A DNA stretch of 64,000 nt from Gaiellales bacterium (GCA_038911065.1 JBCKBR010000003.1:2547-66546); one strand, 5' to 3'. Counted from the first letter of the stretch, positions 55,111 to 64,000 are shown. Made by a program: numbers and translations. Notes: generated by a model from the sequence alone, not told the origin.

Positions 55111-56031
55111 ATGCCAGGCGCGATGATCGCGGTGCTCTGGGGTGCCTCGTTTGCCGTGGGCATCTGCTGGCAGTGGCGCTCGCCGCAGACTGCCGCACTG
55201 TGGAACAAGCGGATCTTCTACTTCTACTTTCACTTGCTGGCTCCGGTTGTTGTGCTCTTTGCCTACACGGTGGTGCCTGCCAATCGTGCGACGCTGATGG
55301 GGCTTGCTGCGGTGATTGTTGCGTCGTACGCCGTCCTTGGTATTGGCTTGCTCTATGCCCGCAAGGCTGGTCGCACGCGTGGTGAGCAGGGCGTGCTCGC
55401 CCTCGGCAGTGGCTTTACCAACACGGTCACGCTTGGCTATCCCGTGATCAGCGCGGTGTTTGGTCCCGCCGGGCTGGCACTGCAAGTGCTGTTTGGGCAG
55501 TTTATGTACCTGATCCCAATCGTCTCGATCTCGACCACGATTGCCGCGCACTTTGGTAATGGTTCGAGGCCGCGAACCTGGCTCGGCATCTTGCGCCAGA
55601 TCATCAATGTGCCGCTGATTTTCGCGGCGATTGCCATCACCATTCGGGCCCTCGGGTTCGACCTCGCTCCGTACGTGACGGAGCCGTCAAATTGGGTCGT
55701 CTTTGCGATGGGCCCGATCGGGTTCCTCGAGCTTGGTCTGGCACTTCCGCTCAACCGGCCCTCGCACGATTTTGGGGATCTGTGGCGCGCGGCCGGACCG
55801 ATTCTGATTCGTCTCTCGATCGCGCCGGCCATGCTCTATCTGGTCGATCTGGCGATGGGTGCTGACGTCCCGCAGGTCTACTACCTCGCGATCATGATGC
55901 CCGCCGCATTCCACACGCTGATTCTCGCCCGCGTCTATGACCTGCCCGGGCAGATGATGCGGCTGATTGTCGTGATGTCGACGGTGATCATGATTGCCGG
56001 CATCGTGGTCGGTCTTGCGTTCTACGGGTAG
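55111..56031 (+). CDS. AEC-family (auxin efflux carrier-like) membrane transporter
   Basis: 306 aa with about 10 TM helices. GSGFTNTVTLGYPV resembles the AEC motif. Family-level call only. Confidence 0.6.
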   Translation: MPGAMIAVLWGASFAVGICWQWRSPQTAALWNKRIFYFYFHLLAPVVVLFAYTVVPANRATLMGLAAVIVASYAVLGIGLLYARKAGRTRGEQGVLALGSGFTNTVTLGYPVISAVFGPAGLALQVLFGQFMYLIPIVSISTTIAAHFGNGSRPRTWLGILRQIINVPLIFAAIAITIRALGFDLAPYVTEPSNWVVFAMGPIGFLELGLALPLNRPSHDFGDLWRAAGPILIRLSIAPAMLYLVDLAMGADVPQVYYLAIMMPAAFHTLILARVYDLPGQMMRLIVVMSTVIMIAGIVVGLAFYG

Positions 56032-56060
56032 GACGCCACAACCGCGCGGATGTGGCGTCC
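56031..56060. repeat. Family A solo hairpin unit, probable terminator between convergent genes
   Basis: GGACGCCACAACCGCGCGGATGTGGCGTCC is palindromic except for one A/A position. It starts at the last base of the AEC stop codon. Confidence 0.75.
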
Positions 56061-56079
56061 GCCTTCCTGCGGATCAGCG

Positions 56080-57255
56080 TCAGCCCGTAGCAGGGGCGTA
56101 GAAGCTTTCGGGCAGCTGGCGCAGCTGCTGCGCGCAGTCGGTGCCCTTGACTTTGCGGCGCCAGTTATTGCCCATCATCGCGGCCTGGTCACGCAGCGCT
56201 TGCGCCTGTTGGTCCGAGAAGTTTGTGCCCCACTTATCGAGCTTGGGGTTATACGTGTCGTTGCCAAACTCAAACGCGGGGCCCTTTAGAAACACGCGAC
56301 GATCCGGCGCCATGCCGGGTCCGGCGATCGTCACGGAGTAGATGCCCTCCTTCGACAGACCGGTTTTGCCTTTCGAGCCGCCTTTCGGCGAGAACTCGTA
56401 GCAGAAGGTACCGTACGGCTTCTGCGTCAGCACACCGACATTACGACGCCAGCCCCTGCCGTAGTCTGAATTCCACGAATCAATGTATGCGTTACGACCA
56501 AAATCGGTCGTCGGCGCACCGTACTTATTGCCCGGACCCCAGACGCCGGGGCCGCCATAGCTGAACGACCCGAACAGGTACGGAAAATGCTGTTGCCGGA
56601 GGTAGCCCTTGTAGCCGCCGGGGCTAAACTTCGACCAGCGCAGGTACGAGAGCAGCGTCGGGAAGCCGTCGAAGATTTGCGGGCCGAGCGGAGCCAGGTT
56701 GTATTGCGACTGCAGGCTTCCGCCGTCAGGGTTCGCGCCTGCTGGCCCACCGGTTGGAACGCCATTCAACGGTACTGACGACAGTCGTACCGAGTACGAG
56801 TCAGCGATTGAGCCACCAAAATCCGGCGAGAACTGAGACCACATCTGCAGATACCAGACGGTAGTACCGATTTCGCAGACCATCGTCAAAAAGGGATTTT
56901 CTCTACTATAGGAGGAGAGATCAACGCCTGACGGTTGCACCAAGCCCCCGACGAACAGGCGGTAGCTCGAAAGTAAATTGTCGCAACTGGACGTACGGAT
57001 CCCTGCGTGAGCGTCAGTCGAAAAGTACCGAGGTTGCTTGCCGGGGGTAACATGGACCCACTGCCGATCAAGCTCCTCATTCCAAAATTGGAATGCGAAG
57101 TCACCCGTTGCTGTCTGACCTATGAATAGCGGCTTGACCGCCGTTCGACCAATCAGGATGCTTGCGCCAGCGTTTGTTGCTCCCGCTCCCAGCACGAACA
57201 TCGCACAGATCAGCACGAGCAGTAAGCGGCTTCGCGAATGCATCGTCACGGTCAA
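56080..57255 (-). CDS. Secreted hypothetical protein (orphan)
   Basis: 391 aa. Signal-peptide-like N-terminus (SRSRLLLVLICAMFVLGAGATNAGA). Gly/Tyr/Trp/Pro-rich mature part. No family recognised. Confidence 0.6.
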   Translation of the reverse strand: MTVTMHSRSRLLLVLICAMFVLGAGATNAGASILIGRTAVKPLFIGQTATGDFAFQFWNEELDRQWVHVTPGKQPRYFSTDAHAGIRTSSCDNLLSSYRLFVGGLVQPSGVDLSSYSRENPFLTMVCEIGTTVWYLQMWSQFSPDFGGSIADSYSVRLSSVPLNGVPTGGPAGANPDGGSLQSQYNLAPLGPQIFDGFPTLLSYLRWSKFSPGGYKGYLRQQHFPYLFGSFSYGGPGVWGPGNKYGAPTTDFGRNAYIDSWNSDYGRGWRRNVGVLTQKPYGTFCYEFSPKGGSKGKTGLSKEGIYSVTIAGPGMAPDRRVFLKGPAFEFGNDTYNPKLDKWGTNFSDQQAQALRDQAAMMGNNWRRKVKGTDCAQQLRQLPESFYAPATG

Positions 57256-57274
57256 AAGCTACACGGAAGTCGCG

Positions 57275-58348
57275 CTACGTCATCGGGATGTGCCGCAGGA
57301 TATGCGGCTCGACGCGCTCGAAGATCTCGTTTAGCGTCTCGCCCGTAATCGTCAACCCGTGGTTCTTGAGGCCGATAATGGCGTGTGCTGGATCGGGCTG
57401 CACGCGTACGAGATCGGCCACGGCGTCGGCCAATTCGGCCGTCCCGCATGGGTAGTTGATCTCCGTGGCGTCAACGCCCTCGACCCAGGCGTGCACGTGG
57501 ATAATGGCGCCCACAGTCGGGTGCTCCATGTAGATCTTCCAGTGCTCGATTGCGTCGACGGATACGCGGCGCGGCTCGATGCCCGGCGGCACCGACATCA
57601 CCATGGCCTGCTTGGCCTGGTCGTAATCCGTCACCAGCAGCATGTCGCGGCCGATGTCGTGCAGATTCGACTTGTCGACGCCGGAGGCGCTCATCCAGAA
57701 GCGGGTCGCATCCTTGCGGGCCGACAGGTTGCCGTAGGACAGGCCGCCGATCGAGTAGAGGCGCTTGACGTGCTCGAGGTCGCGCTTATTGAGGTAGTTC
57801 TCGATCGGGAACGGTGCGGGGAGCAGGTCCATGGCATCGAGACGCTCGCCCGCTGCCGTCAGCGCTGCCGTCACCTCGTCGCCATCCCAGAGTTCGGCTT
57901 CGAGATCCGTATTCCAGATGTTGTCGATCACGAGATGGCTTTCGGCGAGTGGTGCGAGACGCTCAGCGAGCTTGTCGTAGAACGCGCCCGAGCCATCGTC
58001 GACAACGGCGTAGTTGCCTTGCTCCATCGTGCCGAAGCGCGCCTCCGTGCCCGGCACGACGCGCATCGAGACGTTCGAGAGGGCGCGGACGAGCACGGGG
58101 TAGTAATCGCCGATTGCCTCGCCAAAGTCGGCGGGCGGTGCGTCACCCTCATAGATAGCGGCACAGAATGTCGTTGCGCTCTCGCGTCGGTAGGGACGCA
58201 CGTTCTCGCGATCCACGAAGTTGCAGACGAGGTTCGCGGTGCCGAGATCCTCGGTTCGCTCGTAGCCACGCGCCACGAGTGCGGCGCTGAGTCGGTCGGC
58301 AAAGGTCGAGAGGGTGTCGGAAATGTTCCCGTAGAAGGCAAATCGCAT
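57275..58348 (-). CDS. Class II aldolase/adducin-domain protein with extra N-terminal domain
   Basis: 357 aa. The C-terminal half has aldolase_II-like blocks (GVDKSNL, MLLVTDYD, AIIHVHAW, LKNHGLTITGETL). The N-terminal part, about 150 aa, is unassigned. Confidence 0.65.
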   Translation of the reverse strand: MRFAFYGNISDTLSTFADRLSAALVARGYERTEDLGTANLVCNFVDRENVRPYRRESATTFCAAIYEGDAPPADFGEAIGDYYPVLVRALSNVSMRVVPGTEARFGTMEQGNYAVVDDGSGAFYDKLAERLAPLAESHLVIDNIWNTDLEAELWDGDEVTAALTAAGERLDAMDLLPAPFPIENYLNKRDLEHVKRLYSIGGLSYGNLSARKDATRFWMSASGVDKSNLHDIGRDMLLVTDYDQAKQAMVMSVPPGIEPRRVSVDAIEHWKIYMEHPTVGAIIHVHAWVEGVDATEINYPCGTAELADAVADLVRVQPDPAHAIIGLKNHGLTITGETLNEIFERVEPHILRHIPMT

Positions 58349-58497
58349 GTGCTGAGGTTAGCACTCGGCTCCGAACCGACGGGCACGCGCGACGCAGTGC
58401 GCTACATTTAAAGCACGGTGCCGATGGGCATCGACGATTCACGTCTCGACAGCCGACCAGTGGTCGTGCCAGCGTCGAGAGGTGTTTGGAGGCGTGA

Positions 58498-61400
58498 ATG
58501 CTCGAAGCCGGCAATACGGCTACAGGCAAAGAGTTTGTAGATTTGATGGGTCACCTGCCGCTACCTGACGTGGAGCGGTGGATTGGCGAGAGTATTCTGG
58601 CGCCCGATGATACCGGTGGAATTCGCGCGGGCACGCTCTGGGCGAGCGCGTATCTCGATGCCGTCGAGGAGATGGAGCGAGGACTCGCTAGCCCATCGCC
58701 GGAGTATCGCCGCCGCTACGCCCTGCCACTTGGCCTCCAGCGCATGCTGGCCGTGGACGAGCCGCACCTGCAGTCGGGGCTGGCGTTGCGGCCACACCAG
58801 GTCGATGCGCTTGCGGGCATGCTTGCGGCGGTGATCGGCGACTTCGAACGGTCCGACCAAGACGAGCCGGAGATCGCAGATGAAAGCGCGCCGCGACTCG
58901 CCGACGAGAGCACGGCCGTGGTTGGTGATTCTGCCGACGATGACGACGATGACGAGTTCGACGATGACGACGATGACGCGCTGCCACCGATCGTCGACGA
59001 GCCGGTCGCCCGCGTGGCGCTTGCCGGCACCGACGACGATGATGGCGATGACGATGACGGTGAAGACGATGACGACGGCACCAGTGACGAGCCGATCGAT
59101 GACCCGGGCGCAGTACGCCGCTACCGCTTCAAACACCCGACTGCATCGGGCAAGACCGTCGCCGCTGCGGCGTTCGTGGATGCTGCGCGCATCACGGGCG
59201 TTCTGATCCTCACCCATCGCCGTCTGCTGGTCGACCAGTTCGAGCGTGATCTCAAGGAGCAGGGCTACGCCCATCGGATCAAGGACCCCGTGTTGGGTGT
59301 TGCCAAGGCGCCGCTGGTGCCGCCGATCACGATCGAGACGTACGCGTGGTTTATCAAGAATGCGGATCGCCTTAGTCGCGATGTCTACGGCGTGATCCTC
59401 TGTGACGAAGCCCATACCGCGTTGGGTGAGCGCACGTCGGCGGCGATCCGACGCCTCGATACGCCGACCTACATCGGCATGACGGCGACGGATCAACTGC
59501 TGCAGAAGCATGTTGGCGATGTCTTCCCCGCGGAGATCGCGGACTTTCCGCTTGACGAAGCCGTGCTCAGTGGTGTCGTCGCCCCGCTCCGCGCCGTGCG
59601 TGTGCCCCCAGGGGCATCGCTCAAGCGCGTGCGTCTCGTGGGTGGCGATTACGATCAGGCCGAGCTCGCAAACGTACTCGACCACGACGCCGTCAACATG
59701 GCGGCTTCGCTCTATTACCTCGACATGTTTGGTCAGCGGCCGGGCATCGTCTATGCCGCCGGTGTCGACCACGCCATCCGTGTCGCTGCGGCGATGCGCG
59801 CCGTGGGGTTGAAGGCCGCCGCAGTCTCTGGGCGCACGCGGCCGCGCGAGCTGGCCGAGACGCTCGCCGCCTACGAGCGTGGCGAGGTCAACGTGCTCGT
59901 CAATGCGCAGTTGCTTGCAGAGGGGTGGAACGCGCCGCGCGCGACCGTTTGCATGCATCTCGCTCCGACCGCGAGTCGCCGCGTCTATCAGCAGCGCGTT
60001 GGGCGTGTCATGCGCCTACATCGACGCAAGGAGTCGGGTGTCGTTGTCGACTTCGCCGAGGCCGCCGCCCCGCATACCGATCGCACCATCACGCTGCACT
60101 CGCTGCTCGACGTCGATACATTCCAGCCGGGCGCGCTCGTCACGCCCCGACCGCCACGCGTGCGTCGCCGCTGGCGTCGTCTACCGAAGGCACTCGTGCG
60201 CGAGGCTCCGTGGGTCGTGCCCGTCACGCCCGATCCCGCACGCCGCGCGCAGGTGATTCGCGACAACTGGAAGACCGTCGCCGTCGATCGTCTGCCACTC
60301 GACGAGCAAGAGTTGTGGGCCGAGCATGCGGCTGAGCGTGCGCAGCCCAAGGATCTTGAGAAGCTCGCGCGCGTGCTTGTGGCGGTGCCGCGCGAGGCGC
60401 GGATGCGCTTCTTCGCCAAGTGCGCCGCCGAGAATCGCCATCGTCAGCTGCGCCTCGAGGCGCTACGTGATCTTGCGCAGAGCGGACCGGGCACGAATCT
60501 GTTTGAGCAGGCCGTACGGCTCGTGGAGCGCGCGCCGACGTGGCGACAGGATCGTCAGCAGGGGGCACGCACGCTGCTGCTCGCGCTCGGCGATGGCTTT
60601 GGTGAGGCCTCGGACCATTACGTCAGCGCGTGGGCGTGGCGTCTGGCTGCTACGTCGCACGATGCCCAGCAGCGACGGGTAATCATGGGCATTGAGGGTG
60701 GCCGCGAGCTCGTGCGGAGCCTATCGGGCCGCTCGAATGGCGAGGCGCGTCAACAGGCCAAGGTGATCGTCGCTATCGCTGAGGAGCAACCGCTCGATGT
60801 TGGCGCAGCGCTGCTTAGCTGCGTGCGCACGTCCGAGCTGGGCGCGGAGCGTGAGCTTGAGGATGCGCGCATCCGCCTGTCGGTCGAGCCGCGTGCGCTG
60901 GCTGCAGCGCTCGGCGCAAACGTGCCGTTGCCGCGGGGTGTCAAGCGACCGCCGCGTTCGCGCGTGTCAGCGGCGGCGTTGCAGGGGTCGGTGCTGCCAT
61001 CTTCGATCGGTGCCTTACCCAACGAGGCGGCGCACGAGGAGCCGAAGAAGCGTCGCCGGCGTCGTAAACGTAAGCGCAATGGCGACGCGGTTGTTGGCGA
61101 TCCGACGCTCGCGACGATCGGCGCGGTTGGTGGCGCGATCGTTGCGGGTGATGACGAGGCGATTGTGGTGGCGACAGTGGCTGCTCCCGACCCACACGCC
61201 AATGGCGAAGCGCCCTCTGGTGAGGCTCCTGTGATGCCAAAGCGTGGTCGCCCACGCAAGCTCAAGGTTGTCGACAGGTCTGACATCGAACCAGTACCGA
61301 GTCTGGCTCCAGCGATCGTCGACGAGCCGGTAGAGAAACCAAAGCGAGGTCGGCCCCGTAAGGTCAGGCCGGTCACCGACGAGTCCGCTGTCGAGCCTCA

Positions 61401-61611
61401 GCCAGAGCCCACGCCTGTCGTTGAGTTCGCCGCCGATGGTCGACGCAGAGTGGTCATCGATGACGAGACGGGAGGCGCCTCGTTCTCGTCGGATGGTATG
61501 TCAACGAAGCGTCCGCGTGGGCGCCCACGCAAGACGACGCCGAAGCGGTCGACTCCGCCGCTGCGTGAGACCCCAACGGCGGTTGATAACGGTGAGATCC
61601 CCGAGTGGTAG
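58498..61611 (+). CDS. Superfamily-2 DEAH helicase (ResIII-like) with poly-Asp insertion and C-terminal AT-hook repeats
   Basis: 1037 aa. LRPHQVDAL, motif I PTASGKT, motif II ILCDEAH, motif III GMTAT, motif VI QRVGRVMR. Acidic insert DDDDDDEFDDDDDD...DDDDGDDDDGEDDDDG. Three GRP cores (KRGRPRK, KRGRPRK, PRGRPRK). Confidence 0.85.
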   Translation: MLEAGNTATGKEFVDLMGHLPLPDVERWIGESILAPDDTGGIRAGTLWASAYLDAVEEMERGLASPSPEYRRRYALPLGLQRMLAVDEPHLQSGLALRPHQVDALAGMLAAVIGDFERSDQDEPEIADESAPRLADESTAVVGDSADDDDDDEFDDDDDDALPPIVDEPVARVALAGTDDDDGDDDDGEDDDDGTSDEPIDDPGAVRRYRFKHPTASGKTVAAAAFVDAARITGVLILTHRRLLVDQFERDLKEQGYAHRIKDPVLGVAKAPLVPPITIETYAWFIKNADRLSRDVYGVILCDEAHTALGERTSAAIRRLDTPTYIGMTATDQLLQKHVGDVFPAEIADFPLDEAVLSGVVAPLRAVRVPPGASLKRVRLVGGDYDQAELANVLDHDAVNMAASLYYLDMFGQRPGIVYAAGVDHAIRVAAAMRAVGLKAAAVSGRTRPRELAETLAAYERGEVNVLVNAQLLAEGWNAPRATVCMHLAPTASRRVYQQRVGRVMRLHRRKESGVVVDFAEAAAPHTDRTITLHSLLDVDTFQPGALVTPRPPRVRRRWRRLPKALVREAPWVVPVTPDPARRAQVIRDNWKTVAVDRLPLDEQELWAEHAAERAQPKDLEKLARVLVAVPREARMRFFAKCAAENRHRQLRLEALRDLAQSGPGTNLFEQAVRLVERAPTWRQDRQQGARTLLLALGDGFGEASDHYVSAWAWRLAATSHDAQQRRVIMGIEGGRELVRSLSGRSNGEARQQAKVIVAIAEEQPLDVGAALLSCVRTSELGAERELEDARIRLSVEPRALAAALGANVPLPRGVKRPPRSRVSAAALQGSVLPSSIGALPNEAAHEEPKKRRRRRKRKRNGDAVVGDPTLATIGAVGGAIVAGDDEAIVVATVAAPDPHANGEAPSGEAPVMPKRGRPRKLKVVDRSDIEPVPSLAPAIVDEPVEKPKRGRPRKVRPVTDESAVEPQPEPTPVVEFAADGRRRVVIDDETGGASFSSDGMSTKRPRGRPRKTTPKRSTPPLRETPTAVDNGEIPEW

Positions 61612-61621
61612 CGCGCTACCG

Positions 61622-61840
61622 CTACTTGTAGCGGTAGGTGATGCGGCCGCGTGTGAGGTCGTATGGGCTGAGCTCGACCTTGACACGGTCGCCGGGCAAG
61701 ATGCGGATGTAGTGGCGCCGCATGCGACCCGAGATGTGGCCGAGCACCTCATGCCCGTTATCGAGCATGACGCGGAACATGGTGTTCGGAAGCGACTCCG
61801 TCACCTCGCCCTCGACTTCGATCTTCTCTTCCTTCGTCAC
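61622..61840 (-). CDS. infA: Translation initiation factor IF-1
   Basis: 72 aa from GTG 61840: [72 protein letters not shown]. Canonical S1-fold IF-1 sequence. Confidence 0.95.
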   Translation of the reverse strand: MTKEEKIEVEGEVTESLPNTMFRVMLDNGHEVLGHISGRMRRHYIRILPGDRVKVELSPYDLTRGRITYRYK

Positions 61841-61916
61841 CAGCACTCCGTCGTTTGACTGCCCCAGAGGGTACAGGAATAGCCGCTCCGGCAGTCCCGG
61901 CGCTAACGTACGCGCC

Positions 61917-63155
61917 ATGACTGTGATGACAAATGACGAGCTCGGACGGTATGCGGACGCCGTCATCTCCACCTGCCTGCACATCAAGAAGGGCGATGTT
62001 GTTGGGATTCATGGCGAGACGGGGCAGCGACTGTTTGTGATCGCGCTGACGGAGGCCGCCTATCGTGCGGGCGCGCGCTATGTGGATGCGATGTACGTCG
62101 ACCCAGCGATTCGGCGCGCGCGTGTCGTTGGTGCACGCGATGTTTCGACGCTTGGTTCGGCTCCGAAATGGCACCTGGCACGGATGAGGGAGTTGCTGGC
62201 GGCCGATGCCTCCTTGATCTCGATCGCGGGTGAGGCGGATCCGGGCTTGATGAAGGGCGTCGATCCGATGCGCGCAGTGCTCGAGTTGACGGCGCGCATG
62301 CCGGGTCGCGAGGCGTACCTCAAGGCGGTGGCGGCGGGCACGGCGCGGTTCTGCGTTGTCGCCTATCCGGCACCGGGCTGGGCCAAGCAGGTGTACCCGA
62401 AGCTATCGACGGATAAGGCGATGCGGGCACTGGCGAAGGACCTCCTCTCGTTTACGCGCATTGGAATGGGTGACGCTCCGGATGCGTGGGCGCGCCATGT
62501 CGACACGCTCGTCAAGCGTGCTGCAGCGGTCACGCGCCAGAACTTCACCGAACTGGAGTACCGCGCACCGGGGACCGATCTGCGGGTTGGCTTGGCAGCC
62601 AAGACGCGCTTTTGTGCGGCCGAGATGAAGACGCCAAATGGGCGCCGCTGGTGCGCGAACCTGCCGACGGAGGAGGTCTTTGCGAGCCCCGATTATCGCT
62701 TTACGGAGGGGCATTTCGCGTGTACGCGTCCGCTCTCGCTGGATGGGCAGATGTTCGACGGCATCAAGGCCGAGTTCGCGGGTGGACGCTTGCAGAAGAT
62801 CCAGGCGAAGACGTCGAAGCAGCGCGACTATTTGGCGGCATATTTCGCGCGTGACACGGGTGCGGGCAGATTGGGTGAGGTGGCGCTTGTCGATCGCGCC
62901 TCCCGCATCGGTCAGGCGAATCGTGTCTACCACACGACGCTGCTCGACGAGAATGCCGTCGCCCATGTCGCGTTTGGTTCGGCCTACTCGATGACACGCA
63001 CGCCGGATGCCCGCATCAAGGGCGACCGGGGCCTCAACGTCTCGAAGATCCACGTCGATGTGATGATCGGCTGCGACGACCTCGAAGTCGTTGGCGTGAC
63101 GGCCAAGGGGCAGCGCGTGCCGGTGCTGACCGCCGGCACTTGGGTCTTGCGCTAA
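61917..63155 (+). CDS. Aminopeptidase, M29 (AmpS/PepS) family
   Basis: [22 protein letters not shown]-terminus, and C-terminal [16 protein letters not shown] and IHVDVMIG blocks. Start at ATG 61917. Confidence 0.8.
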   Translation: MTVMTNDELGRYADAVISTCLHIKKGDVVGIHGETGQRLFVIALTEAAYRAGARYVDAMYVDPAIRRARVVGARDVSTLGSAPKWHLARMRELLAADASLISIAGEADPGLMKGVDPMRAVLELTARMPGREAYLKAVAAGTARFCVVAYPAPGWAKQVYPKLSTDKAMRALAKDLLSFTRIGMGDAPDAWARHVDTLVKRAAAVTRQNFTELEYRAPGTDLRVGLAAKTRFCAAEMKTPNGRRWCANLPTEEVFASPDYRFTEGHFACTRPLSLDGQMFDGIKAEFAGGRLQKIQAKTSKQRDYLAAYFARDTGAGRLGEVALVDRASRIGQANRVYHTTLLDENAVAHVAFGSAYSMTRTPDARIKGDRGLNVSKIHVDVMIGCDDLEVVGVTAKGQRVPVLTAGTWVLR

Positions 63156-63168
63156 CGCGATCGGCGTC

Positions 63169-63208
63169 GAAACTGCACAAAAGGACCCGGGTCCTTTTGT
63201 GCAGTTTC
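63169..63208. repeat. Family C palindromic repeat (copy 2)
   Basis: GAAACTGCACAAAAGGACCCGGGTCCTTTTGTGCAGTTTC is a perfect palindrome. Its 36-nt core AACTGCACAAAAGGACCCGGGTCCTTTTGTGCAGTT is identical to 37019-37054. Confidence 0.85.
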
Positions 63209-63440
63209 AGGCGTCGTCGAGGATCACGAGACGAAGACCCCACGCCTCGCCCGCGGCGAACAAGGCGTCGGCATCGACTTCATCTTCCCACCCAATCACG
63301 TGCGGCGTCGGCTGCTCTGCCGTGCAACCGAGCACGGCTTTGCGCTTCGGTAGCGCCTTCTCTGTCGGGCCATCCGCCATCCGTTCGCGCGCCTCTTCGG
63401 CGGCCTCGACGGCCGGCCCCTCTGCATAGCCCTTGCCCAT
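63207..63440 (-). CDS. Hypothetical small protein (77 aa)
   Basis: Frame shows G/C-rich third positions. It lies 10 nt downstream of the HhH-GPD gene on the same strand. Its stop codon sits in the arm of the family C palindrome. No family recognised. Confidence 0.4.
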   Translation of the reverse strand: MGKGYAEGPAVEAAEEARERMADGPTEKALPKRKAVLGCTAEQPTPHVIGWEDEVDADALFAAGEAWGLRLVILDDA

Positions 63441-63450
63441 AGGACGAAGC

Positions 63451-64000
63451 CTACTTAGGTGCGGCGCGACGCTTCGCCAATTTCGCTGCGCGCTTGCCTG
63501 CCTGATACGTCGCGAGCTCCTCCGCCGTACGCACGTCGCCTAGCGTCTGATGCTCGGGCATCATCGCCGCGAGACCAGGCAAATCTACGCCGAACTGGCG
63601 GTGCAGCAACACCATTAGCGTCCGCACCTTCATCGCCCCAAACCCGGGGAGTGCCCCGAGTCGCTCTGCGAGATCGGCCGCATCCGTTGCCTGCGACCAG
63701 ATCCGAGACGCATCGCCAGCGTAGTGGTCGCTAATCACGGCGCAGAGATCCTGTATTCGCGCCGCCATCGTGCCAGGAAATCGGTGGACCGCTGGTTGCT
63801 CACGACAAATGGCGAGAAACGCATCCGCATCCATCGCAGCAATCTGCTGCGGGTCGAGTTGGCCGAGTCGCGCCCGCAGCGTTGCCGGCCCAGCAAATGC
63901 CTTCTGGACGGTGATCTGCTGATCCAGCACAAAGCCGATCAGGAGCGCATTCGGATCAGACGCGATCAGTCGGTCTGCTGCCTCATCGCCCGTCCATGGC
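63451..64000 (-). CDS. HhH-GPD-family base-excision-repair-like protein (5' end off window)
   Basis: The reading frame continues past the listed Met to the window edge (PWTGDEAADRLIASDPNALLIGFVLDQQITVQKAF...). LGALPGFGAMKVRTL is helix-hairpin-helix-like. Confidence 0.65.
   Translation of the reverse strand, partial: PWTGDEAADRLIASDPNALLIGFVLDQQITVQKAFAGPATLRARLGQLDPQQIAAMDADAFLAICREQPAVHRFPGTMAARIQDLCAVISDHYAGDASRIWSQATDAADLAERLGALPGFGAMKVRTLMVLLHRQFGVDLPGLAAMMPEHQTLGDVRTAEELATYQAGKRAAKLAKRRAAPK

Noticed and set aside
58561-59958. 465-aa minus-strand ORF antisense to the helicase
   Set aside because: The plus strand carries ordered SF2 motifs I, II, III and VI. The antisense product has none.
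61841-61987. In-frame upstream extension of infA (121-aa ORF)
   Set aside because: IF-1 is a 72-aa protein. GTG 61840 gives the canonical length and N-terminus, and the extension would overlap the divergent aminopeptidase start.

Overview
High-GC bacterial chromosome segment, gene-dense and mostly core metabolism. The gene content (futalosine-type menaquinone genes plus a Bacillus-type split cytochrome bc complex) suggests a deep-branching Actinomycetota-like organism; this is inference and cannot be verified here. I support about 62 protein-coding genes. I found no tRNA, rRNA, CRISPR array, transposase or prophage genes.

Gene blocks, in order:
- Partial OmpR-type response regulator and an M28-peptidase membrane protein.
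- A respiratory and cofactor supercluster: fumC, moeA, hemB, ubiD, msrB, qcrABC, ubiX, ubiE, polyprenyl synthase, mqnE-mqnA-mqnC.
- rnd.
- A glycan-biosynthesis block: DegT aminotransferase, DUF354, CapD-like dehydratase, LysR, a GT4-GT2 fusion and a GT4.
- A tightly overlapping operon: aminotransferase, orf98, proB, proA.
- Assorted housekeeping genes: NAPRT-like, methylmalonyl-CoA epimerase, PAP2, ychF, leuCD.
- Two MFS transporters flanking a tandem pair of thioredoxin-TPR proteins.
- Two acyl-CoA dehydrogenases with a TetR regulator.
- An overlapping OsmC-agmatinase-DUF815 ATPase operon.
- A MacB-type ABC pair, an SDR epimerase and an AEC transporter.
- An orphan secreted protein, a class II aldolase-domain protein, and a large SF2 helicase with poly-Asp and AT-hook regions.
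- infA, an M29 aminopeptidase and a partial HhH-GPD protein.

The main structure that genes do not explain is a set of long, GC-rich palindromic intergenic elements that recur through the window.
- Family A: 4 composite loci plus 1 solo unit.
- Family B: 3 copies.
- Family C: 2 copies.
- One perfect 30-bp-arm palindrome shares its termini with family A.
They sit just past gene 3' ends, share modular termini, and in two cases share a conserved loop. That looks like a REP/BIME- or MITE-like system that I do not recognise as a described family.

Other points worth follow-up:
- A catalytically dead polyprenyl-synthase-like ORF coupled between hemB and ubiD.
- A membrane-anchored pseudokinase.
- The helicase with three AT-hooks.
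- An orphan secreted protein with a low-GC segment.

All functional calls come from motif recognition by eye. No database search was possible.
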